From Desulfosudaceae bacterium (lineage in GTDB: Bacteria > Desulfobacterota > Desulfobacteria > Desulfobacterales > Desulfosudaceae), in contig CAXXDV010000001.1 of NCBI GenBank assembly GCA_963674745.2, positions 960,001 to 1,024,000 on the forward strand: DNA of 64,000 nucleotides, given 5' to 3'. Shown here one piece after another: positions 18,525-28,951 of the stretch (position 1 is the stretch's first letter; each line of letters opens with the position of its first letter). The translations under genes were made by a program, and so were the position numbers. The notes under the pieces are model-generated. The model saw only the letters and a list, made by a program, of their open reading frames with translations, searched no databases and was not told the origin of the DNA.

Positions 18525-19805
18525 TTACGAAAACCAGTTGGCATGTTTCTCCAGCCATCCGGCAACTGTATCTTTGAGGGATTCTCTTACCAGCGGGTTC
18601 ATATAATACCTTGGGAAAAGCAGGTCATCATCCGGCGCAATCATACCTTCGGCCACGGCCTGCCGGGCCAGCCGGGTTCCGGGATAAATGCGGATGCCGC
18701 TGGTGATTTTCATGGCATCCAGATTAAGGTCTTCCGCGAATGCCAGGCTTTCGGCCAGGGTCTTTTCGTTTTCCCCGGGGCCACCCAGAAGTAGAAATCC
18801 CATTTGTTTGATATTATATTTCCGCAGCCGTGCCGCAACCGTCCGGATATCTTCCAGCGTAAACTTCTTGTTAAACATACGGAGCATCTGCAGCGAACCG
18901 CTTTCAAACCCCAGACTGACCTCGACACACCCCGCAGCCGCCATTTTTTCGGCCAGTTCCGCATCCACGTTCCGGGGATAAATAATGCAGCACCAGGCCA
19001 GATCCAGTCTTTTTTTAATGATCCCGTCGCACAAGGCTTTAGCATAGGCGGGCGGCAGGTTAAAGGTGTTATCGACAAAGAAAAACCGCGAATATCCGGC
19101 CCGTTTATAAGTCAACAGGGTATCTAAAACATGGCCGATGTTTCGTTTGCGGGTGATCCTGCCTTCTATGGCCGAGGTGGAACAATAGCTGCAGTCCATG
19201 GGGCAGCCCCGCCGGGTCTGAAAAGGGACCCAGAAATCATCCTGTCCGGATTTTTGCGGTGAAAAAAGCTGATCCTCGGGCAGGGGAATGGGAAAATCAT
19301 TGATATCCGCCGTTGTATCCCGGGGAGAAAAAGGTTCTTTTTCCGGCAGATAAAGTCCGGGGATATCGGCCGGATCCCGTTTTTGGGCAAGACGGTCCAG
19401 CAGGTTGATGAAGGCCTTTTCTCCGGGCCCGCGGATGCCCATATCCGCGCCAAGATAGGCCAGGGCCTGGGCGGGAAAAATGCTGAAACCGGCTCCGCCC
19501 AGCACAACCGTCGCCCGGGTGTGTGCTTTTACGGCCGTCACCAGGTCCTTGACCGGTTCCAGCAGAAACCGGGCCGGTTCCATGACCTGGTCATCGATAT
19601 TGCGAACCGATATACCGATAACATCGGGCGCGAATTCGTCGATGGCCCCGACCACAGCCGGTATCAATTGCTCACGATCCCGGGAATTGACCACCCTGAC
19701 CTCATACCCGGCCGCCCGGGTCGCCCGGGCAATGCAGGAAAGGCCCAGCGGCAGGACCGGCATATTGATGGTTTCGGTATTGGCTGAAACAAGCAGAACT
19801 TTCAT
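18525..19805 (-). CDS. B12-binding radical SAM protein
   Basis: PLGL, GISVRNIDD, LGGAGFS; radical SAM motif QTRRGCPMDCSYC; FFVDNTFN. Confidence 0.9.
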   Translation of the reverse strand: MKVLLVSANTETINMPVLPLGLSCIARATRAAGYEVRVVNSRDREQLIPAVVGAIDEFAPDVIGISVRNIDDQVMEPARFLLEPVKDLVTAVKAHTRATVVLGGAGFSIFPAQALAYLGADMGIRGPGEKAFINLLDRLAQKRDPADIPGLYLPEKEPFSPRDTTADINDFPIPLPEDQLFSPQKSGQDDFWVPFQTRRGCPMDCSYCSTSAIEGRITRKRNIGHVLDTLLTYKRAGYSRFFFVDNTFNLPPAYAKALCDGIIKKRLDLAWCCIIYPRNVDAELAEKMAAAGCVEVSLGFESGSLQMLRMFNKKFTLEDIRTVAARLRKYNIKQMGFLLLGGPGENEKTLAESLAFAEDLNLDAMKITSGIRIYPGTRLARQAVAEGMIAPDDDLLFPRYYMNPLVRESLKDTVAGWLEKHANWFS

Positions 19806-20000
19806 ATTAAAAAACCAATCTGCTCAGGCCTTCCTGTTTCGATCACGGTTATGCCTCAAAAAACATTGACAGGCATGGCCAGGCCCGTTTAGGTTATTGT
19901 ATATCTTGACATATTTCAAGTTTGCGCCTGAATAAAGATCTTTCAGTGCCTTTATCGACATTTTTGTCGAATGCAAAAACGTTAACCGTATGGGGGGGAT

Positions 20001-21140
20001 ATGCCTGACAGTAAGTACGACGTGGTTTTTACCGGTGAATTATTTGATGGTTTTGACAAGGCCGATGTTAAAGCAAATCTTGCCCGGGTGTTCCGCGTCT
20101 CTGATGAAAAAACCGAAAAGTTTTTCAGTTCGCCGCGCGTGGTATTGAAGGCAAACGTGGATCGCAAAACGGCTGACAAATATAAAGCCATTCTGGCCAA
20201 AACAGGGGCTGTTGTTTCTGTTGAGCCCCGTCAACCTGAAGGCCGGCCGACGACATCTGCCGCGAAAAAAGCCGCGCCGAAAACGCCGCCGGACAAAGCG
20301 CCCCCTGGAGATGGCGCCGTTGCTCAAACGCCGCCTGACCTGCCCCCTGCCGATGCTCAAAATGTCGGGCCGCTCTGGGGAAGAAAGGTTGAAGGCGGTG
20401 AGGCCAACCCGATGACCGCGAAAGGCGGGACGGATGCCGGTCCGTCAGGCGGATACGGCTCGCTGGAGACCGGTATTGCCGGCGACTACCAATTTACGAT
20501 CGGCGAGACCCTTTCAGAAGCCTGGCAGAAAGTCAGCGGCAATAAAATGACGGTCTTTGTTGCCATGCTCATTTACATCGGAATCATGATCGCCTTCGGC
20601 ATCGCGGCCGGCCTGTTTACGACTGTACTGACGTCTGTGGCCGGCGAGTCAGGGGCATCTCTCGGCGCGTTTCTGACGCAGTTCGCCCAGATAATCATCG
20701 CCGCCCCCCTTAACGCCGGTTTGATCATGCTGGGTGCCGGTATGGCTGTCGGCGCAAAGATGCGCGCGGGATCGGTTTTAAGCTATTATGACAGGATCGT
20801 TCCACTGGCAATCACGGTCATTCTGAGCACCATCCTGATCATGATTGGATTTATACTGCTTGTTATTCCTGGAATTTATCTGAGCGTGGCTTATATGATG
20901 GCTTTGCCCCTGGTCGTGGACAAGGGCCTGGGCCCATGGCAGGCCATGGAGGCCTCCCGAAAGGCCGTCACCCGGCGCTGGTTTGCTGCTTTCGGTCTGC
21001 TCCTGATTCTCGTTCTGCTCTACATTGCCGGCGCCATTCCAATGTTGATCGGCTTGATCTGGGTGATACCGCTGGCCTTGATCGCCGTGGGTATTCTTTA
21101 CCGAAACATCTTCGGCGTGAGTTCGATCGCGGCTGCCTGA
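20001..21140 (+). CDS. Membrane protein with soluble N-terminal domain, Pro/Ala linker and multi-TM C-terminus
   Basis: YDVVFTGE N-terminal domain; IGFILLVIPGIYLSV..AMEASRK..W membrane domain. Confidence 0.8.
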   Translation: MPDSKYDVVFTGELFDGFDKADVKANLARVFRVSDEKTEKFFSSPRVVLKANVDRKTADKYKAILAKTGAVVSVEPRQPEGRPTTSAAKKAAPKTPPDKAPPGDGAVAQTPPDLPPADAQNVGPLWGRKVEGGEANPMTAKGGTDAGPSGGYGSLETGIAGDYQFTIGETLSEAWQKVSGNKMTVFVAMLIYIGIMIAFGIAAGLFTTVLTSVAGESGASLGAFLTQFAQIIIAAPLNAGLIMLGAGMAVGAKMRAGSVLSYYDRIVPLAITVILSTILIMIGFILLVIPGIYLSVAYMMALPLVVDKGLGPWQAMEASRKAVTRRWFAAFGLLLILVLLYIAGAIPMLIGLIWVIPLALIAVGILYRNIFGVSSIAAA

Positions 21141-21143
21141 TTT

Positions 21144-22301
21144 TTACATGCGGATCATCCACTGCAGGCGACCGTTTTTCTTGACAATGGCCGCTTCCGG
21201 GCAGATTTCCATGCAGCAGTAACAGCGGATGCACTTATTGTAATCATAAACAGGTGTCTGTTCATCTGCGGCCGGTTTCTGTATGGCACCGGCCGGGCAG
21301 ATCTTGTGGCATTGAAGACAGAGGGTGCAATGATCGGCCCGGGGCATGGGCCGATCGATAAACCAGTTGCGGAACCGCTTGGAGGTAACCGGCCAGCGCA
21401 CCATGTTGGACATGAAGGTGCCGCGGGAAGCTTCAAACGGTGCAACCGCCAGATCTTCGATCCGGCAGCCGACAATTTCAATTTCCTCCGGCCGGCTTAC
21501 GCCAAAGTCCCGTGAAAAACCCTGGCGCACGGTATAGGCCTTGTCCGCATCCAGACCGGCGGCGGTCACCGCCGTCCAGTCAACCGCCACCGCATCCAGG
21601 CCGGCCATGATTGCACCCATTTTTTTGGGTGTGCCCGATGTACCCGGGCCTTCGCCTTCCTGGCAGACAATGGCATCCATCAGGGTCAGCACGGTTTTGG
21701 GCGGATCAAACCCGTAAATCATGGCGCCATATAAATCGAGCAGAAAAGTAGCGAATTCTTCGGCATTGGGCAGCTTGACGTGCATTTTTGATTTTTGAAG
21801 GCCGGGAATCGAGCCGAACAGGTTTTTGACCGCACCGGTGATATACGTCAGGCCGTGGGTTTTAAACTTGGGCAGGTTGACGATCAGGTCGGCGTCGAAA
21901 AAAGCCGCGGCAATGTTCATGTTTTTAAACGCCTCGCCGTCCTGGTATTGCAGGGTCCGGGTTTTTTGGGGATCGGCCACTTCGACGCCTTCTGCGTCCA
22001 CGATCTCCTGGTATCCGGTTTTGCGGATGGTACGCTCCAGGGAATGAAAGGCAGGCGATTCGACCAGCACCGGTTTGCCCTGGTATTGTTTGATCAGCTG
22101 AATCGCGGCCCGAAAAAACTCCGGGTGGGTAATGATGGCCTTTTCCGGCGCGGACGGCATCAGCAGGTTGGGATTTACGACCACCCTTGCGTTTTTAAAC
22201 AATTCCGTATCAAAACCGATATTGACCAGGCTTTCTTCAAGCGCCTCTTTTATTTTCCGGCTGTCATAATCATTGCATTGTATCAGAGAAACACGTGTCA
22301 T
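21144..22301 (-). CDS. DUF362 domain protein with C-terminal 2x[4Fe-4S]
   Basis: PNLL..AIITHPEF, NLPKFKTH..TGAVKNLFG, EGEGP; CTLCLQCHKICP and CIRCYCCMEICP. Confidence 0.9.
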   Translation of the reverse strand: MTRVSLIQCNDYDSRKIKEALEESLVNIGFDTELFKNARVVVNPNLLMPSAPEKAIITHPEFFRAAIQLIKQYQGKPVLVESPAFHSLERTIRKTGYQEIVDAEGVEVADPQKTRTLQYQDGEAFKNMNIAAAFFDADLIVNLPKFKTHGLTYITGAVKNLFGSIPGLQKSKMHVKLPNAEEFATFLLDLYGAMIYGFDPPKTVLTLMDAIVCQEGEGPGTSGTPKKMGAIMAGLDAVAVDWTAVTAAGLDADKAYTVRQGFSRDFGVSRPEEIEIVGCRIEDLAVAPFEASRGTFMSNMVRWPVTSKRFRNWFIDRPMPRADHCTLCLQCHKICPAGAIQKPAADEQTPVYDYNKCIRCYCCMEICPEAAIVKKNGRLQWMIRM

Positions 22302-22381
22302 TAGCCCCCTCCTTTTGGACCAAAATTGAAACCATTATAATCATCAGTCCTCCGGACTGAATTTCAACTCAAGCATTTTAT

Positions 22382-22978
22382 TCACTGTTCTTTTTTCCGG
22401 TCACCCGCTTCCTTCAACACGACGCCTTCTCCGGGAAAAACAATCCGGTCTTGCGGCAGTGTTTTTGCAGCAACCGCCGGCCATTTGCCGGGTTGCGGGT
22501 CAGGCCCTTCCAGTGCGGCCGGACAGGGTGACCTGTCTTTCATTTTCGGCTCGCGCCGGACATCGACTTCAGGGACACCGGCACTGAACTCGATGGGAAT
22601 ATTGTTGGGGTCAAAGGTATAGATGGAATGAATAAAACCATGATCGATGACTTCGGACACCCAGAATCCGGCGGCCTCGATTTTATCTTTGAGTTCCCAC
22701 AGATCCTCGTCGCTGTCGACCCCGAAGGAAACATGATCAAACGCCAGCGGCCCGGGAAACGGCACGCCATGATCCTTGACAGGAACCGGTTTTACATCAG
22801 GCCATTCAAAAAAGGCCACCATATCGGTTTCCGACAATGCGAAAAAATAATGCCTGAAGCGCTCATTACCCAGGCCGGCCACCAGGCGCAGGCCCAGCAG
22901 GTCGCGCCAGTAACGGATGGTCATGTCCATATCATGGGTCACCAGGGCCAGGTGATTGACGCCGTTAAATGAAACCAT
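22382..22978 (-). CDS. VOC/glyoxalase family protein
   Basis: GVNHLAL, DHVSFGV, SIYTFDPNNIPIE. Confidence 0.9.
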   Translation of the reverse strand: MVSFNGVNHLALVTHDMDMTIRYWRDLLGLRLVAGLGNERFRHYFFALSETDMVAFFEWPDVKPVPVKDHGVPFPGPLAFDHVSFGVDSDEDLWELKDKIEAAGFWVSEVIDHGFIHSIYTFDPNNIPIEFSAGVPEVDVRREPKMKDRSPCPAALEGPDPQPGKWPAVAAKTLPQDRIVFPGEGVVLKEAGDRKKEQ

Positions 22979-22992
22979 ATCGCTTTCCCCGT

Positions 22993-23643
22993 CTATCTTT
23001 TTTGGGCCATGATTTGAAAAATAACGGCCTGGCTGCCGTTCATGGTCAAAACATCGATGTCTTCTTCATAGACGATATCAAACCGTTTAAGCAACCGATA
23101 AACCCACCCCATATCGTGATGCCTTAAGACAGCACCATCCGGTAGTTGAAACACACCGAATTTTTCAAATTGTCTTTCAAACCGCCTGTAGCGGTCCGTG
23201 TTTTTATCGTCCCGCTGAAGAGGATAGTCACTGAGATACAGAATACCACCGGTACGCAACACCCGGTGAAGTTCGTCCATGAGGGTTTGCTGACCGTTAT
23301 CTGTCGGGATACAGTTCAGGACCGCCAGCAACGTGCAGGCATCAAACGTATTATCATCAAAAGGCAAGGTCTCTCTTTCAAGCTGCCTCAGGTCCAGATC
23401 GATGTCCCGGCGCAGGCCCCGGACGATCATTTCCGATGAGATATCCACCCCGATGACATGCCGAAAGCCGTGTTTTTTCAAAAAAGCACAGGTCCGCCCA
23501 TATCCGCATCCATAGTCGAGTATGACGCCATCACGTGGAACAACTTTTCGAAACCGTTCTATCTGCAGGGGGTGGGTAAAGTTTTTTTTCTGTGCGACTT
23601 TATCCCAGTAGGCGTGCTGGTGATCTAGCACGTTCATGATCAT
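22993..23643 (-). CDS. Class I SAM-dependent methyltransferase
   Basis: ILDYGCGYGR, GVDIS, LPFDDNTFD, RVLRTGG. Confidence 0.9.
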   Translation of the reverse strand: MIMNVLDHQHAYWDKVAQKKNFTHPLQIERFRKVVPRDGVILDYGCGYGRTCAFLKKHGFRHVIGVDISSEMIVRGLRRDIDLDLRQLERETLPFDDNTFDACTLLAVLNCIPTDNGQQTLMDELHRVLRTGGILYLSDYPLQRDDKNTDRYRRFERQFEKFGVFQLPDGAVLRHHDMGWVYRLLKRFDIVYEEDIDVLTMNGSQAVIFQIMAQKR

Positions 23644-23784
23644 CCTTCCGGTATTGTTCGAACTTTATTGAAAGGACATTATGGAATATCATGTTAATTT
23701 ATGCAACCGGAACCCATTTCACGGACGCGTTTAAGGTGCGTGCCATCAGAAGCCTGAATTTCCGGCGGCGGCCGGACCGCCCGC

Positions 23785-24810
23785 TTAGTGCCGTCCTTCA
23801 AGCTGGGCTGTCAACACTTCGTAAGGATCCATTTCGCCGTCTCCGCTATGGATGGCCCGGATCAAGCCTTCATTCCGCATCAGGTTTTCAATGATTTCCG
23901 GTGTGGCATTCCTGGTTTCCATTACTTTGCGCACGACATACCGGACCGCCTCCAGTCGGGCGCTTTCGGCTTGCCCGGAATAAAGCAGCATTTCCGACAA
24001 ATGACCGTCTTCACTGGTAATCAGATCGTAAAGCGAAACCTGCTCAGACAACCAGTCGACAAACGGCTTATCCCGGATAAACTCCTCCAGTCGGGCTCGC
24101 ACCACCTCGTCCAGGCGATCGGGGTTTTCGAGAATGGCTTCGCACAAGCGGCGGTCATTGGACGTCCTGCCCATTTCACGGTATCGGGCGGAATTGACTT
24201 TTTCCCGCAGGTTCTTGAGGTTCTCGTACAGAAAGAACTTTGAAATGGAATTCTTTAAAGGACCGGGAAGTGTGCCGGCCAGATCGAGGGAATATTGATA
24301 AATGATCCCGGTCTTGTGACGGGTGACATATTCGACGGTATAGCGGCCCTTGAAAACAGGGACGCGGATGACGCCTTCTTCAAAAACATCATATTGATCG
24401 GCCTGGTTGGTCATGTCGATAAAAGCGCGGCCGTGATCCAGGTCGTACGAAACCCGGGCGTTTAAAAGCACTTCCCGGTCGGTGACCGGCCAGGGCAGAT
24501 CGAGCAGAATCCGGATATCGGCGTCATCCCGGTTACCGCTCAAAACCATCCCGTTGCCGCAGTAGGGCATCCAATTCACATAGCCGGGTATATCCCGGAT
24601 CATTTCGCCGACGTTTTCGATGGGCGCGTCGACCACCATAACCGCCTTAATTTCCAACAGTTTACTCCCATCCGCCCTTCGAGAATATGATTGAATACCG
24701 TCTTTGTCGTTAACCAGTTCCCATTTGTTTTCTCCGGCCAGGGCCCGGCTGAATGCCGGAATAACCAGTATGGTCAAAATAATGGCGATAATCTGTGTTA
24801 TTTTCTGCAT
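23785..24810 (-). CDS. Exported START-domain lipid-binding protein with C-terminal helical extension
   Basis: Signal peptide; WELVNDKDGI, WMPYC, LPWPVTDRE, DLAGTLP. Confidence 0.8.
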   Translation of the reverse strand: MQKITQIIAIILTILVIPAFSRALAGENKWELVNDKDGIQSYSRRADGSKLLEIKAVMVVDAPIENVGEMIRDIPGYVNWMPYCGNGMVLSGNRDDADIRILLDLPWPVTDREVLLNARVSYDLDHGRAFIDMTNQADQYDVFEEGVIRVPVFKGRYTVEYVTRHKTGIIYQYSLDLAGTLPGPLKNSISKFFLYENLKNLREKVNSARYREMGRTSNDRRLCEAILENPDRLDEVVRARLEEFIRDKPFVDWLSEQVSLYDLITSEDGHLSEMLLYSGQAESARLEAVRYVVRKVMETRNATPEIIENLMRNEGLIRAIHSGDGEMDPYEVLTAQLEGRH

Positions 24811-24886
24811 TACACCTCCGATGCATCACTTTTTTCAGTTACCACGTTTACCCGGTCCCGGAGTGTAAACGCCCGACCGGAAAAAT

Positions 24887-26635
24887 TCAGATACCAGAAA
24901 CCGAAGCGGTTCTCAAGGATTTCTGTTCAACCATTTTCGACCAATTCAGACTATAGCCTTCACCGGTAACAATCTCAGCCGGTGTAAACGGCACTTTGCC
25001 GCCGGCCGGCAGAATGACCCGCATGGGGCAGGCTTCCAGAATATCCTTTTGAATATCGACGCCGGGCATGACTTCAACCAGCATCATGCCCTCTGTTGTC
25101 AGCTGAAAAACGCCGACGGTGGTGACATAGAGCACGGTTTTGCCTTTTTTCAGGGCCTGGTCTCCGCTCATCGTAATTTCGCTGACCTGTTCCACAAATT
25201 TATGCGTACCCGGTTTCGTTATAACCAGTCGGTTGTTCTCGATTTCCATTTGCCCATGGGCCATCCAGCTGCCGACAAAAATAATGGTATCGGCGGCCGC
25301 GCAGAAATCCGGAAACCCGCCCGGCCCGACATAATTTAATGGGCCCTCGCCCCTTTTGGACACGTTGACATTGCCCCGGCCGTCGACTTCAAGCATCCCC
25401 AGAATAGCCGCATCCAGATGCTGATAACAGAGATGGAATATCTGCGCAGAGGAAATAATCTCCCGGGGGTTGATACCGGCCCCGAAAAAAATACCCGGCG
25501 CCGGCAATCCGCCGATGACCCCGGTTTCCGACATAAAGGTCACGTCATTGAACAGGCCGCCCTTGTAAATAAGCCGGGCCACTTCCTCGGGTAGGCCGAC
25601 ACCGACAATAATATTACAACATTTGTGAACGTATCGGGTAAACACGGACGCGGCCAGACGGGCCAGTGCGTCTTCGACCTTACCCCGCCGGGGGGTGATG
25701 CCCAATATCTGATTCAAAAACCGCATCTTTTCCATGGCCTTATCCATGTCTTCCTGCGCCCCCTCGACAATCTCAGGCCAATATTTCAGTTGCGGAACCG
25801 AACCGGTCTGTTCGTTAAACCGGTGCACCACGATGGCATCGACCTGGTCGGCCCGCAAAAATATCGCTTCTTCGTCCTTGTCAATAATTTCAGCCACACT
25901 GACCAGAACTTTGCCACCGTTGGCCCGGGCAGCCAGTGTGGATTCATGGCTTTCGGTAAATAGACAACTGTTTTTCATATAGATATTACCCTCGGTATCC
26001 GCGGCCGGAGCGATAAAAAAAGTCATTTCAATAGGTGGCAGTTGATAGCGAATGCGGTCACCAGCCGGCTCGGCAAGGCTTGTTCCCACACCCGGAACCA
26101 CCACCGTGCCGAGGCCGACCCGGGTATCCAAAAACGTGCCCACTCCGGTCTCGGTTTCAAGGGAAAAGCGGCCTCTGCCCTGCCCCTCCACCAGCAGGGA
26201 TTCAATACCCTGGGGAAGGGTATGCAGTTCGATCTTTTTTTGCTCGGCCAACTTCAACATTGATTTTACGGTTTCCAGGTGCCCGGCAATAAAACGGGTT
26301 ACCAGCCCTTCATGCTTGCCGAGCTCCTCTATCGTTCCCGGCACCCGGCCGCGCCCGCCCTGGGCGCCTACAATAATATGTGTCAGGTTACGGGGATGGC
26401 CGGTTTCCCGAAACAATCGCTCGATGGCCCAAAACCAGACCGACGGTCGGGCATTGGCGGCCATGCCGCAGGAAAAAACCACGGCATTATCTGGTATCAT
26501 CCGCACCGCCTCCATGGCGGACATGAATTTGGAACTGTCAACGTTCTTCGGCTTATAGTCAAGGTCCTTACGATTCCAGGTCAGGCGCCATTTGAGGACA
26601 TGGGCCAGCAAACGGGTTTTGGTCAGAAAATTCAT
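24887..26635 (-). CDS. Family I acyl-CoA transferase (propionate CoA-transferase/YdiF-like, fused alpha-beta)
   Basis: LPQG, GVGTFLD, ADTEGNI, GVGLPE, catalytic SETG, GNVNVSK, GPGGF; ATG 26635 with SD CAGGAG. Confidence 0.88.
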   Translation of the reverse strand: MNFLTKTRLLAHVLKWRLTWNRKDLDYKPKNVDSSKFMSAMEAVRMIPDNAVVFSCGMAANARPSVWFWAIERLFRETGHPRNLTHIIVGAQGGRGRVPGTIEELGKHEGLVTRFIAGHLETVKSMLKLAEQKKIELHTLPQGIESLLVEGQGRGRFSLETETGVGTFLDTRVGLGTVVVPGVGTSLAEPAGDRIRYQLPPIEMTFFIAPAADTEGNIYMKNSCLFTESHESTLAARANGGKVLVSVAEIIDKDEEAIFLRADQVDAIVVHRFNEQTGSVPQLKYWPEIVEGAQEDMDKAMEKMRFLNQILGITPRRGKVEDALARLAASVFTRYVHKCCNIIVGVGLPEEVARLIYKGGLFNDVTFMSETGVIGGLPAPGIFFGAGINPREIISSAQIFHLCYQHLDAAILGMLEVDGRGNVNVSKRGEGPLNYVGPGGFPDFCAAADTIIFVGSWMAHGQMEIENNRLVITKPGTHKFVEQVSEITMSGDQALKKGKTVLYVTTVGVFQLTTEGMMLVEVMPGVDIQKDILEACPMRVILPAGGKVPFTPAEIVTGEGYSLNWSKMVEQKSLRTASVSGI

Positions 26636-26943
26636 GATCTTCTCCTGTTGGATGGTTAAAACGTGTATTATCAATCTGAAAAGCAAGGCTCATGCCATTT
26701 CAACGAAAACCCGCGCATAACTTCAAATGCTTATTATTACTAATGAAAACGACTTTATGGCGCGGGCTTCTGTTTAAAAAAACACAAAAGGTGTCAACAG
26801 GTATGACAGGTTGTAAAAAATCTGGGCCGGTCGAACCGGCCGGGGGGCAGGGCAACATGACCCGAGAATTGATATGCTGAATTGTTGAATGATTGAGATA
26901 GGAGCGTTGATGAAGAGAAAGATCTGCATCACCAGGACCGTAT

Positions 26944-28869
26944 TCAGGCCTTTCTCATAACGCAATCGACTTCTTTCTTCAGTGCCGTCATGTCAAAGGG
27001 CTTGACCAGGCATCCGCAGAACCCGTAATCTTTATAATTGGCCAGAACAGGGTCAGAGGAATATCCGCTGGAGACAATCACCCGGACATTTTTATCCATG
27101 GCCAGCAGTTCCCTGACAGCCTCTTTTCCGCCCATGCCACCGGGGACGGTCAGGTCCAGGATAACCAGATCAAAAGGGGTTCCGCTTTTCCGGGCTGCGG
27201 AAAATTTTTCAACCGCTTCCTCACCGTCGATGGCAATGTCGACGATATAGCCGAAACTTTCCAGCATGGTGGTGCCCAGCAGCTGAATCGCCTCGTTGTC
27301 ATCCATGAAAAGCACCCGCCAGGTATTTCTCCCGGCATCTGATGCCGTGGTGTTTGGCTCTTCAGGCTTTTCAACAACTCCGGAAGAATCAGCCGGTAGC
27401 AAAACGGTAAACGTGGTGCCGACATCGGGCGTGGATTCAACGCTTATCTGCCCGCCGTGCCTGGCGATAATGCTGTGAACGATAGCCAGGCCCAAACCGT
27501 TACCGCTCTGTTTGGTGGTAAAATAAGGATCAAAGATACGGTCAATGATCTTTGAAGGTATGCCGGTGCCTTCATCTTTTATGGTCAACTGGACATACTT
27601 TTCGCCGCCACCTTCCGGATTTGCGGATTCCGGCCCTTCCAGGTTAACACCGGCCAGATAAAGACTGCCGCCGGCCGGCATGGCCTGCTTGGCATTAATG
27701 ACCAGATTGGAAAGCACCTGGCTAATCTGCCCTTTGTCAACCCGCACCGGCCAGAGATCCCGTTTCAACTCAAAACGCGGCCTGATATTACTGCCGCTTA
27801 AGTTGAACCTGACGGCCTCCCTGATCATATCTTTCGTGTCCACTGTTTCAATCACGGGATCCCCGCCCCGGGCAAAGGTCAGAAGCTGACCCGTCAGTCG
27901 CCTGGCCTTATCCAGGGCGCCATAGGCCTCCTTGAGATATCTGACGGCTCCATGATCATCGGACAGCATCATCTTGGCCAACTCGATATTACCGAACACA
28001 CCGGTCAGCATGTTATTAAAATCGTGAGCGATACCACCGGCTATCGTCCCCAGACTTTCCAGCTTCTGCATGCGCTGTCTTTCTTTTTCCACATTTCGCC
28101 GGGCGGTGATGTCTGAAAACAAACCGATATTATACTCCCTGCCGCCGAGCTCCACCATGGCGGTATTGATATCGGCATAAACGATACATCCGTCCTTGCG
28201 CAAACAGGCGACTTCCGAGGCCAGCTTCTTTTCGCCGCGCGCCTGGGCCTCAAATTCGCTCAGGGCATGTGCCAACGCTTCAGGCGGATGAATATCGAAA
28301 ACACCCAGGCTGGTAAGCTCGTACACCGAATACCCCAGCATTTCACAGATCGCCGGGTTGGCAAAAACAAACTGCTTTGTCTCAAGGTCCGCCACCAGGA
28401 TCCCCTCGGCGGCATTGTTAAACAATGCCCTGAACCGGGCTTCGCTTTCCCTCAAACGCCTTTCCGCCTGCTTCCGCTCGGTAATGTCCTGGACAATGCC
28501 CAGCATGATCGACTCGTCCTGGTATTGAATGCGACCGATCGAGGCTTCGGCTGTAAAGACATGGCCGTTTTTCTGCCGCAGGTCCGCTTCCAGGACAAAC
28601 CGTCGGCCTTCTTCCCACAGGTGCCATTGTTTAAGGATTTCGTCTTTACCCTTATTGTCCGGGAAAAGATCAAACACGTTCATATCCAGCAGTTCGTCTC
28701 TGGCATAACCGGTCTGGGAGCAGGCGACGCGATTGACATCCAGAATACGACCGTCGAAATCAAACAGATAGAACCCTTTGACGAACTGATCAAACAGAGC
28801 CCGGTATTTCTCTTCGAGATCCGAAGCGTAAGGTTTGATATCAGATATATTTTGTTGTTTTTTCTTCAA
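26944..28869 (-). CDS. Cytoplasmic hybrid histidine kinase (2 PAS, HisKA, HATPase, REC)
   Basis: AGGIAHDFNN, NLVINA, DEGTGI, FDPYFTTK..GLGL; REC with ILDLTVP and KPF; TTG start uncertain. Confidence 0.92.
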   Translation of the reverse strand: MKKKQQNISDIKPYASDLEEKYRALFDQFVKGFYLFDFDGRILDVNRVACSQTGYARDELLDMNVFDLFPDNKGKDEILKQWHLWEEGRRFVLEADLRQKNGHVFTAEASIGRIQYQDESIMLGIVQDITERKQAERRLRESEARFRALFNNAAEGILVADLETKQFVFANPAICEMLGYSVYELTSLGVFDIHPPEALAHALSEFEAQARGEKKLASEVACLRKDGCIVYADINTAMVELGGREYNIGLFSDITARRNVEKERQRMQKLESLGTIAGGIAHDFNNMLTGVFGNIELAKMMLSDDHGAVRYLKEAYGALDKARRLTGQLLTFARGGDPVIETVDTKDMIREAVRFNLSGSNIRPRFELKRDLWPVRVDKGQISQVLSNLVINAKQAMPAGGSLYLAGVNLEGPESANPEGGGEKYVQLTIKDEGTGIPSKIIDRIFDPYFTTKQSGNGLGLAIVHSIIARHGGQISVESTPDVGTTFTVLLPADSSGVVEKPEEPNTTASDAGRNTWRVLFMDDNEAIQLLGTTMLESFGYIVDIAIDGEEAVEKFSAARKSGTPFDLVILDLTVPGGMGGKEAVRELLAMDKNVRVIVSSGYSSDPVLANYKDYGFCGCLVKPFDMTALKKEVDCVMRKA

Positions 28870-28951
28870 GACGACCCGCGTGCGACATGATGATTGTCAA
28901 GCTTTAACAGTTAATCACATTAACAAAAACCCATAATATCAAAAGCTTCCG

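Noticed and set aside
19806..20000. Cobalamin riboswitch upstream of the B12 radical SAM gene
   Set aside because: No B12-box or GGGAA/GCCACUG core is visible; the gap looks like a divergent promoter region.
26710..26766. Imperfect inverted repeat CCCGCGCATAA...TTATGGCGCGGG upstream of the CoA-transferase
   Set aside because: Short arms, long loop and no match to a motif I recognise; insufficient support.
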